64,000 nt of DNA from the NCBI GenBank assembly GCA_032718475.1, contig JAUCBJ010002846.1, forward strand, positions 1 to 64,000, written 5' to 3'. The position numbers and the translations under genes are program-made. The notes under the pieces are model-generated. The model had not been told where the DNA came from. It did not search any database and worked only from the letters and a program-made list of their open reading frames with translations. Every line of letters begins with the position of its first letter. Position 1 is the stretch's first letter. Positions 1 through 11,600 of the stretch are shown here, one piece after another. The DNA is from Nemertoderma westbladi. Its lineage: Eukaryota; Animalia; Xenacoelomorpha.

Positions 1-1103
1 AACCTGTTTACTAACTATCCCCCCATCTAACCTGTTTTCTAACTACCCCCCCCCATCTAACCTGTTTACTAACTATCCCCCCCCCATCTAACCTGTTTAC
101 TAACTATCCCCCCATCTAACCTGTTTTCTAACTATCCCCCCCATCTAACCTGTTTACTAACTATCTCCCCCATCTAACCTGTTTACTAACTATCTCCCCC
201 CCATCTAACCTGTTTACTAACTATCTCCCCCCATCTAACCTGTTTACTAACTATCCCCCCCATCTAACCTGTTTACTAACTATCTCCCCCCATCTAACCT
301 GTTTACTAACTATCTCCCCCCATCTAACCTGTTTACTAACTATCCCCCCCCCATCTAACCTGTTTACTAACTATCCCCCCCATCTAACCTGTTTACTAAC
401 TATCCCCCCCATCTAACCTGTTTACTAACTATCCCCCCCATCTAACCTGTTTACTAACTATCCCCCCCATCTAACCTGTTTACTAACTATCCCCCCCATC
501 TAACCTGTTTACTAACTATCCCCCCATCTAACCTGTTTACTAACTATCCCCCCCCCCCCATCTAACCTGTTTTCTAACTACCCCCCCCCCCCATCTAACC
601 TCTTTACTAACTATCCCCCCCCCATCTAACCTGTTTACTAACTATCTCCCCCCCATCTAACCTGTTTACTAACTATCCCCCCCATCTAACCTGTTTACTA
701 ACTATCCCCCCCATCTAACCTGTTTACTAACTATCCCCCCCCCCATCTAACCTGTTTACTAACTATCCCCCCCATCTAACCTGTTTACTAACTATCCCCC
801 CCCATCTAACCTGTTTACTAACTATCCCCCATCTAACCTGTTTACTAACTATCCCCCTCATCTAACCTGTTTACTAACTATCTCACCCATCTAACCTGTT
901 TACTAACTATCCCCCCCCCCCCCATCTAACCTGTTTTCTAACTACCCCCCCCCCCCCATCTAACCTCTTTACTAACTATCCCCCATCTAACCTGTTTACT
1001 AACTATCTCCCCCCCCCCCATCTAACCTGTTTACTAACTATCTCCCCCCATCTAACCTGTTTACTAACTATCTCCCCCCATCTAACCTGTTTACTAACTA
1101 TCT
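1..1103. repeat. ~29-bp minisatellite (ATCTAACCTGTTTACTAACTAT + variable C tract), intronic, runs off the left edge of the window
   Basis: Directly visible tandem units whose poly-C tract varies in length; most units contain TACTAAC and a second CTAAC. Confidence 0.95.
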
Positions 1104-1220
1104 ACTAGAATTTTGTTTTTAATTCCGAACACCAGTCAGGATATATACGAGGTACTGTAACATTATCAAGCGCTCAGCATTTTGGAAACACTTTTTAATT
1201 TATTTATTTTCCTATGTCAG

Positions 1221-1537
1221 CACGCAATATTACTGGATATAGGCCGGACGTTCCCAGGTCATCCCTTCTTCAAAACTGAGTACGGTGACGGACAACTGGC
1301 GCTCTACAACGTACTCAAGGCATATTCTCTGATCGATACAGAAGTTGGTTATTGCCAAGGTTTGGGGTTCGTCGCAGGATTTTTATTGCTACACTTGAGC
1401 GAAGAAGAAACTTTAGATACTTTGCGGTTTCTCATGTTTCATCTAGGCCTGCGACGTCTCTACCAACCAAATATGATGAACCTACAGATGCAGATGTACC
1501 GATTGAGTCGACTTATAGTCGACTTATTGAATCCTCT
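1221..1537 (+). CDS. TBC1D1: TBC1D1/TBC1D4-like Rab-GAP, TBC-domain exon ([17 protein letters not shown]...GYCQG...LNP)
   Basis: Acceptor ttttcctatgtcag|, donor CT|gtaagt (phase 2). Contains the TBC catalytic IxxDxxRT arginine finger and YxQ glutamine finger; closely resembles vertebrate TBC1D1/4 (HAILIDLGRTFP...EVGYCQG, from memory). Confidence 0.93.
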
Positions 1538-2292
1538 GTAAGTTGCCCTATTTATCGACTTACTGAATCCTCTGTAAGTTGCCATATTTATCGACTATAG
1601 TCGACTTACTGAATCCTCTGTAAGTTGCCATATTTATCGACTATAGTCGACTTACTGAATCCTCTGTAAGTTGCCATATTTATCAACTATAGTCGACTTA
1701 CTGAATCCTCTGTAAGTTGCCATATTTATCGACTATAGTCGACTTACTGAATCCTCTGTAAGTTGCCCTATTTATCGACTTACTGAATCCTCTGTAAGTT
1801 GCCATATTTATCGACTATAGTCGACTTACTGAATCCTCTGTAAGTTGCCATATTTATCGACTATAGTCGACTTACTGAATCCTCTGTAAGTTGCCCTATT
1901 TATCGACTTACTGAATCCTCTGTAAGTTGCCATATTTATCGACTATAGTCGACTTACTGAATCCTCTGTAAGTTGCCATATTTATCGACTATAGTCGACT
2001 TACTGAATCCTCTGTAAGTTGCCCTATTTATCGACTTACTGAATCCTCTGTAAGTTGCCATATTTATCGACTATAGTCGACTTACTGAATCCTCTGTAAG
2101 TTGCCATATTTATCGACTATAGTCGACTTACTGAATCCTCTGTAAGTTGCCCTATTTATCGACTATAGTCGACTTACTGAATCCCCTGTAAGTTGCCCTA
2201 TTTATCGACTTACTGAATCCTCTGTAAGTTGCCCTATTTATCGACTTATAGTCGACTTACTGAATCCTCTGTAAGTTGCCCTATTTATCGAC
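1509..2292 (+). repeat. 36/46-bp tandem array made of the exon end plus 5' splice donor (GACTTACTGAATCCTCT|GTAAGTTGCC...)
   Basis: 18 GTAAGT copies counted at 1538, 1574, 1620 ... 2224, 2271, each preceded by the exon-terminal sequence. Confidence 0.95.
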
Positions 2293-2327
2293 GTAGACGA
2301 CACTTTTGTAACTGATTGATATTTTAG

Positions 2328-2475
2328 ACATCAGCATTTGGACGGGCACGACGTTGCACCTAGTCTCTACGCTACATCCTGGTTCCTAACCATCTTCTCT
2401 AGTACATTCCCTATGGGTTTCGTGGCTCGAGTTCTAGACCTCATCTTCATACAGGGGCCTCATGTGATATTCAAG
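2328..2475 (+). CDS. TBC1D1: TBC1D1/4-like exon (L)HQHLDGHDVAPSLYATSWFLTIFSSTFPMGFVARVLDLIFIQGPHVIFK
   Basis: attttag| acceptor, AAG|gtaggg donor; phase 2 matches the previous exon; resembles TBC1D1 [27 protein letters not shown]. Confidence 0.93.
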
Positions 2476-2480
2476 GTAGG

Positions 2481-2650
2481 GTAGTGCAAACATGCTAGTG
2501 TAGTGTATAGTTAACCTACTACAGTGTAGTGTAAACATACTACAGTGTAGTGCAAACATACTACAGTGTAGTGCAAACATACTACAGTGTGGTGCAAACA
2601 TATTAGTGTAGTGTAAAGTAAACATACAGTGTAGTGCAAACATACTACAG
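2481..2650. repeat. Degenerate ~21-bp tandem repeat (TAGTGCAAACATACTACAGTG) beginning just after the donor
   Basis: Visible tandem units; explains the spurious MFALHCS-repeat ORF. Confidence 0.85.
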
Positions 2651-2674
2651 TTACAAAAAGTAATTGGTATATTT

Positions 2675-5600
2675 CGATTTAGCTTGCTTTGCTATCATTT
2701 TGTTATTGATTTAGGTTGCTACCACTTTGTTATTGATTTAGGTTACTATCACTTTGTTATTGATTTGGGTTGCTACCACTTTGTTATTGATTTAGGTTGC
2801 TATCACTTTGTTATTGATTTAGGTTGCTATCACTTTGTTATTGATTTAGGTTGCTATCACTTTGTTATTGATTTAAGTTGCTATCACTTTGTTATTGATT
2901 TAGGTTACTATCACTTTGTTATTGATTTAGGTTGCTACCACTTTGTTATTGATTTAGGTTGCTATCACTTTGTTATTGATTTAGGTTGCTATCACTTTGT
3001 TATTGATTTAGGTTGCTATAACTTTGTTATTGATTTAGGTTGCTATCACTTTGTTATTGATTTAGGTTGCTATCACTTTGTTATTGATTTAGGTTGCTAT
3101 CATTTTGTTATTGATTTAGGTTGCTATCACCTTGTTATTGATTTGGGTTGCTATCTCTTTGTTATTGATTTAGGTTGCTATCACTTTGTTATTGATTTAG
3201 GTTGCTATCACTTTGTTATTGATTTAGGTTGCTATCACTTTGTTATTGATTTAGGTTACTATCACTTTGTTATTGATTTGGGTTGCTATCACTTTGTTAT
3301 TGATTTAGGTTGCTACCACTTTGTTATTGATTTAGGTTGCTATCACTTTGTTATTGATTTGGGTTGCTAGCACTTTGTTATTGATTTGGGTTGCTATCAC
3401 TTTGTTATTGATTTAGGTTGCTATCACTTTGTTATTGATTTAGGTTGCTATCACTTCGTTATTGATTTAGGTTGCTATCACTTTGTTATTGATTTAGGTT
3501 GCTATCACTTTGTTATTGATTTAGGTTGCTATCCTATTGTTATTGATTTAGGTTGCTATCATTTTGTTATTGATTTAGGTTGCTATCACTTTGTTATTGA
3601 TTTAGGTTGCTATCACTTTGTTATTGATTTAGGTTGCTATCACTTTGTTATTGATTTAGGTTACTATCACTTTTTTATTGATTTAGGTTGCTATCACTTT
3701 GTTATTGATTTAAGTTGCTATCACTTTGTTATTGATTTAGGTTACTATCACTTTGTTATTGATTTGGGTTGCTATCACTTTGTTATTGATTTAGGTTGCT
3801 ATCACTTTGTTATTGATTTAGGTTGCTATCACTTTGTTATTGATTTGGGTTGCTATCACTTTGTTATTGATTTAGGTTGCTATCACTTTGTTATTGATTT
3901 AGGTTGCTATCACTTTGTTATTGATTTAGGTTACTATCACTTTGTTATTGATTTGGGTTGCTATCACTTTGTTATTGATTTAGGTTGCTATCACTTTGTT
4001 ATTGATTTAGGTTGCTATCACTTTGTTATTGATTTGGGTTGCTAGCACTTTGTTATTGATTTAGGTTGCTATCACTTTGTTATTGATTTAGGTTGCTATC
4101 ACTTTGTTATTGATTTAGGTTGCTATCACTTTGTTATTGATTTAGGTTACTATCACTTTTTTATTGATTTAGGTTGCTATCACTTTGTTATTGATTTAAG
4201 TTGCTATCACTTTGTTATTGATTTAGGTTACTATCACTTTGTTATTGATTTGGGTTGCTATCACTTTGTTATTGATTTAGGTTGCTATCACTTTGTTATT
4301 GATTTAGGTTGCTATCACTTTGTTATTGATTTAGGTTACTATCACTTTTTTATTGATTTAGGTTGCTATCACTTTGTTATTGATTTAGGTTACTATCACT
4401 TTGTTATTGATTTGGGTTGCTATCACTTTGTTATTGATTTAGGTTGCTATCACTTTGTTATTGATTTAGGTTGCTATCACTTTGTTATTGATTTGGGTTG
4501 CTAGCACTTTGTTATTGATTTAGGTTGCTATCACTTTGTTATTGATTTAGGTTGCTATCACTTTGTTATTGATTTAGGTTGCTATCACTTTGTTATTGAT
4601 TTAGGTTACTATCACTTTTTTATTGATTTAGGTTGCTATCACTTTGTTATTGATTTAAGTTGCTATCACTTTGTTATTGATTTAGGTTACTATCACTTTG
4701 TTATTGATTTGGGTTGCTATCACTTTGTTATTGATTTAGGTTGCTATCACTTTGTTATTGATTTAGGTTGCTATCACTTTGTTATTGATTTAGGTTGCTA
4801 TCACTTTGTTATTGATTTAGGTTGCTATCACTTTGTTATTGATTTAGGTTGCTATCACTTTGTTATTGATTTAGGTTGCTATCATTTTGTTATTGATTTA
4901 GGTTGCTATCACCTTGTTATTGATTTGGGTTGCTATCACTTTGTTATTGATTTAGGTTGCTATCACTTTGTTATTGATTTAGGTTGCTATCACTTTGTTA
5001 TTGATTTAGGTTGCTATAATTTTCTTATTGATTTAGGTTGCTATCACTTTGTTATTGATTTAGGTTGCTATCACTTTGTTATTGATTTAGGTTGCTATCA
5101 CTTTGTTATTGATTTGGGTTGCTAGCACTTTGTTATTGATTTGGGTTGCTATCACTCTGTTATTGATTTAGGTTGCTATCACTTTGTTATTGATTTAGGT
5201 TGCTATCACTTTGTTATTGATTTGGGTTGCTATCACTTTGTTATTGATTTAGGTTGCTATCACTTTGTTATTGATTTAGGTTGCTATCACTTTGTTATTG
5301 ATTTAGGTTACTATCACTTTGTTATTGATTTGGGTTGCTATCACTTTGTTATTGATTTAGGTTGCTATCACTTTGTTATTGATTTAGGTTGCTATCATTT
5401 TGTTATTGATTTAGGTTGCTATCACCTTGTTATTGATTTAGGTTGCTATCACTTTGTTATTGATTTAAGTTGCTATCACTTTGTTATTGATTTAGGTTAC
5501 TATCACTTTGTTATTGATTTGGGTTGCTATCACTTTGTTATTGATTTAGGTTGCTATCACTTTGTTATTGATTTAGGTTGCTATCACTTTGTTATTGATT

Positions 5601-8600
5601 TAAGTTGCTATCACTTTGTTATTGATTTAGGTTACTATCACTTTTTTATTGATTTAGGTTGCTATCACTTTGTTATTGATTTAAGTTGCTATCACTTTGT
5701 TATTGATTTAGGTTACTATCACTTTGTTATTGATTTGGGTTGCTATCACTTTGTTATTGATTTAGGTTGCTATCACTTTGTTATTGATTTAGGTTGCTAT
5801 CACTTTGTTATTGATTTAGGTTACTATCACTTTTTTATTGATTTAGGTTGCTATCACTTTGTTTTTGATTTAGGTTACTATCACTTTGTTATTGATTTGG
5901 GTTGCTATCACTTTGTTATTGATATAAGTTGTTATCACTTTGTTATTGATTTAGGTTGCTATCACTTTGTTATTGATTTAGGTTGCTATCACTTTGTTAT
6001 TGATTTAGGTTGCTATCACTTTGTTATTGATTTAGGTTGCTATCATTTTGTTATTGATTTAGGTTGCTATCACCTTGTTATTGATTTGGGTTGCTATCAC
6101 TTTGTTATTGATTTAGGTTGCTATCACTTTGTTATTGATTTAGGTTGCTATCACTTTGTTATTGATTTAGGTTGCTATAATTTTCTTATTGATTTAGGTT
6201 GCTATCACTTTGTTATTGATTTAGGTTGCTATCACTTTGTTATTGATTTAGGTTGCTATCACTTTGTTATTGATTTGGGTTGCTAGCACTTTGTTATTGA
6301 TTTGGGTTGCTATCACTCTGTTATTGATTTAGGTTGCTATCACTTTGTTATTGATTTAGGTTGCTATCACTTTGTTATTGATTTGGGTTGCTATCACTTT
6401 GTTATTGATTTAGGTTGCTATCACTTTGTTATTGATTTGGGTTGCTATCACTTTGTTATTGATTTAGGTTGCTATAATTTTCTTATTGATTTAGGTTGCT
6501 ATCACTTTGTTATTGATTTAGGTTGCTATCACTTTGTTATTGATTTAGGTTGCTATCACTTTGTTATTGATTTGGGTTGCTAGCACTTTGTTATTGATTT
6601 GGGTTGCTATCACTCTGTTATTGATTTAGGTTGCTATCACTTTGTTATTGATTTAGGTTGCTATCACTTTGTTATTGATTTGGGTTGCTATCACTTTGTT
6701 ATTGATTTAGGTTGCTATCACTTTGTTATTGATTTAGGTTGCTATCACTTTGTTATTGATTTAGGTTACTATCACTTTGTTATTGATTTGGGTTGCTATC
6801 ACTTTGTTATTGATTTAGGTTGCTATCACTTTGTTATTGATTTAGGTTGCTATCATTTTGTTATTGATTTAGGTTGCTATCACCTTGTTATTGATTTAGG
6901 TTGCTATCACTTTGTTATTGATTTAAGTTGCTATCACTTTGTTATTGATTTAGGTTACTATCACTTTGTTATTGATTTGGGTTGCTATCACTTTGTTATT
7001 GATTTAGGTTGCTATCACTTTGTTATTGATTTAGGTTGCTATCACTTTGTTATTGATTTAAGTTGCTATCACTTTGTTATTGATTTAGGTTACTATCACT
7101 TTTTTATTGATTTAGGTTGCTATCACTTTGTTATTGATTTAAGTTGCTATCACTTTGTTATTGATTTAGGTTACTATCACTTTGTTATTGATTTGGGTTG
7201 CTATCACCTTGTTATTGATTTAGGTTGCTATCACTTTGTTATTGATTTAAGTTGCTATCACTTTGTTATTGATTTAGGTTACTATCACTTTGTTATTGAT
7301 TTGGGTTGCTATCACTTTGTTATTGATTTAGGTTGCTATCACTTTGTTATTGATTTAGGTTGCTATCACTTTGTTATTGATTTAGGTTACTATCACTTTG
7401 TTATTGATTTAAGTTGCTATCACTTTGTTATTGATTTAGGTTACTATCACTTTTTTATTGATTTAGGTTGCTATCACTTTGTTATTGATTTAAGTTGCTA
7501 TCACTTTGTTATTGATTTAGGTTACTATCACTTTGTTATTGATTTGGGTTGCTATCACTTTGTTATTGATTTAGGTTGCTATCACTTTGTTATTGATTTA
7601 GGTTGCTATCACTTTGTTATTGATTTAGGTTGCTATCACTTTGTTATTGATTTAAGTTGCTATCACTTTGTTATTGATTTAGGTTACTATCACTTTTTTA
7701 TTGATTTAGGTTGCTATCACTTTGTTATTGATTTAAGTTGCTATCACTTTGTTATTGATTTAGGTTACTATCACTTTGTTATTGATTTGGGTTGCTATCA
7801 CTTTGTTATTGATTTAGGTTGCTATCACTTTGTTATTGATTTAGGTTGCTATCACTTTGTTATTGATTTAGGTTACTATCACTTTTTTATTGATTTAGGT
7901 TGCTATCACTTTGTTTTTGATTTAGGTTACTATCACTTTGTTATTGATTTGGGTTGCTATCACTTTGTTATTGATATAAGTTGTTATCACTTTGTTATTG
8001 ATTTAGGTTGCTATCACTTTGTTATTGATTTAGGTTGCTATCACTTTGTTATTGATTTAGGTTGCTATCACTTTGTTATTGATTTAGGTTGCTATCATTT
8101 TGTTATTGATTTAGGTTGCTATCACCTTGTTATTGATTTGGGTTGCTATCACTTTGTTATTGATTTAGGTTGCTATCACTTTGTTATTGATTTAGGTTGC
8201 TATCACTTTGTTATTGATTTAGGTTGCTATAATTTTCTTATTGATTTAGGTTGCTATCACTTTGTTATTGATTTAGGTTGCTATCACTTTGTTATTGATT
8301 TAGGTTGCTATCACTTTGTTATTGATTTGGGTTGCTAGCACTTTGTTATTGATTTGGGTTGCTATCACTCTGTTATTGATTTAGGTTGCTATCACTTTGT
8401 TATTGATTTAGGTTGCTATCACTTTGTTATTGATTTGGGTTGCTATCACTTTGTTATTGATTTAGGTTGCTATCACTTTGTTATTGATTTGGGTTGCTAT
8501 CACTTTGTTATTGATTTAGGTTGCTATAATTTTCTTATTGATTTAGGTTGCTATCACTTTGTTATTGATTTAGGTTGCTATCACTTTGTTATTGATTTAG

Positions 8601-11600
8601 GTTGCTATCACTTTGTTATTGATTTGGGTTGCTAGCACTTTGTTATTGATTTGGGTTGCTATCACTCTGTTATTGATTTAGGTTGCTATCACTTTGTTAT
8701 TGATTTAGGTTGCTATCACTTTGTTATTGATTTGGGTTGCTATCACTTTGTTATTGATTTAGGTTGCTATCACTTTGTTATTGATTTAGGTTGCTATCAC
8801 TTTGTTATTGATTTAGGTTACTATCACTTTGTTATTGATTTGGGTTGCTATCACTTTGTTATTGATTTAGGTTGCTATCACTTTGTTATTGATTTAGGTT
8901 GCTATCATTTTGTTATTGATTTAGGTTGCTATCACCTTGTTATTGATTTAGGTTGCTATCACTTTGTTATTGATTTAAGTTGCTATCACTTTGTTATTGA
9001 TTTAGGTTACTATCACTTTGTTATTGATTTGGGTTGCTATCACTTTGTTATTGATTTAGGTTGCTATCACTTTGTTATTGATTTAGGTTGCTATCACTTT
9101 GTTATTGATTTAAGTTGCTATCACTTTGTTATTGATTTAGGTTACTATCACTTTTTTATTGATTTAGGTTGCTATCACTTTGTTATTGATTTAAGTTGCT
9201 ATCACTTTGTTATTGATTTAGGTTGCTATCACTTTGTTATTGATTTAGGTTGCTATCACTTTGTTATTGATTTGGGTTGCTAGCACTTTGTTATTGATTT
9301 GGGTTGCTATCACTCTGTTATTGATTTAGGTTGCTATCACTTTGTTATTGATTTAGGTTGCTATCACTTTGTTATTGATTTGGGTTGCTATCACTTTGTT
9401 ATTGATTTAGGTTGCTATCACTTTGTTATTGATTTAGGTTGCTATCACTTTGTTATTGATTTAGGTTACTATCACTTTGTTATTGATTTGGGTTGCTATC
9501 ACTTTGTTATTGATTTAGGTTGCTATCACTTTGTTATTGATTTAGGTTGCTATCATTTTGTTATTGATTTAGGTTGCTATCACCTTGTTATTGATTTAGG
9601 TTGCTATCACTTTGTTATTGATTTAAGTTGCTATCACTTTGTTATTGATTTAGGTTACTATCACTTTGTTATTGATTTGGGTTGCTATCACTTTGTTATT
9701 GATTTAGGTTGCTATCACTTTGTTATTGATTTAGGTTGCTATCACTTTGTTATTGATTTAAGTTGCTATCACTTTGTTATTGATTTAGGTTACTATCACT
9801 TTTTTATTGATTTAGGTTGCTATCACTTTGTTATTGATTTAAGTTGCTATCACTTTGTTATTGATTTAGGTTACTATCACTTTGTTATTGATTTGGGTTG
9901 CTATCACTTTGTTATTGATTTAGGTTGCTATCACTTTGTTATTGATTTAGGTTGCTATCACTTTGTTATTGATTTAGGTTACTATCACTTTTTTATTGAT
10001 TTAGGTTGCTATCACTTTGTTTTTGATTTAGGTTACTATCACTTTGTTATTGATTTGGGTTGCTATCACTTTGTTATTGATATAAGTTGTTATCACTTTG
10101 TTATTGATTTAGGTTGCTATCACTTTGTTATTGATTTAGGTTGCTATCACTTTGTTATTGATTTAGGTTGCTATCACTTTGTTATTGATTTAGGTTGCTA
10201 TCATTTTGTTATTGATTTAGGTTGCTATCACCTTGTTATTGATTTGGGTTGCTATCACTTTGTTATTGATTTAGGTTGCTATCACTTTGTTATTGATTTA
10301 GGTTGCTATCACTTTGTTATTGATTTAGGTTGCTATAATTTTCTTATTGATTTAGGTTGCTATCACTTTGTTATTGATTTAGGTTGCTATCACTTTGTTA
10401 TTGATTTAGGTTGCTATCACTTTGTTATTGATTTGGGTTGCTAGCACTTTGTTATTGATTTGGGTTGCTATCACTCTGTTATTGATTTAGGTTGCTATCA
10501 CTTTGTTATTGATTTAGGTTGCTATCACTTTGTTATTGATTTGGGTTGCTATCACTTTGTTATTGATTTAGGTTGCTATCACTTTGTTATTGATTTGGGT
10601 TGCTATCACTTTGTTATTGATTTAGGTTGCTATAATTTTCTTATTGATTTAGGTTGCTATCACTTTGTTATTGATTTAGGTTGCTATCACTTTGTTATTG
10701 ATTTAGGTTGCTATCACTTTGTTATTGATTTGGGTTGCTAGCACTTTGTTATTGATTTGGGTTGCTATCACTCTGTTATTGATTTAGGTTGCTATCACTT
10801 TGTTATTGATTTAGGTTGCTATCACTTTGTTATTGATTTGGGTTGCTATCACTTTGTTATTGATTTAGGTTGCTATCACTTTGTTATTGATTTAGGTTGC
10901 TATCACTTTGTTATTGATTTAGGTTACTATCACTTTGTTATTGATTTGGGTTGCTATCACTTTGTTATTGATTTAGGTTGCTATCACTTTGTTATTGATT
11001 TAGGTTGCTATCATTTTGTTATTGATTTAGGTTGCTATCACCTTGTTATTGATTTAGGTTGCTATCACTTTGTTATTGATTTAAGTTGCTATCACTTTGT
11101 TATTGATTTAGGTTACTATCACTTTGTTATTGATTTGGGTTGCTATCACTTTGTTATTGATTTAGGTTGCTATCACTTTGTTATTGATTTAGGTTGCTAT
11201 CACTTTGTTATTGATTTAAGTTGCTATCACTTTGTTATTGATTTAGGTTACTATCACTTTTTTATTGATTTAGGTTGCTATCACTTTGTTATTGATTTAA
11301 GTTGCTATCACTTTGTTATTGATTTAGGTTACTATCACTTTGTTATTGATTTGGGTTGCTATCACTTTGTTATTGATTTAGGTTGCTATCACTTTGTTAT
11401 TGATTTAGGTTGCTATCACTTTGTTATTGATTTAGGTTACTATCACTTTTTTATTGATTTAGGTTGCTATCACTTTGTTTTTGATTTAGGTTACTATCAC
11501 TTTGTTATTGATTTGGGTTGCTATCACTTTGTTATTGATATAAGTTGTTATCACTTTGTTATTGATTTAGGTTGCTATCACTTTGTTATTGATTTAGGTT

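Noticed and set aside
1-1103. Telomeric repeat
   Set aside because: CTAACC resembles telomere motifs, but the unit is ~29 bp with a variable C tract and lies inside a gene
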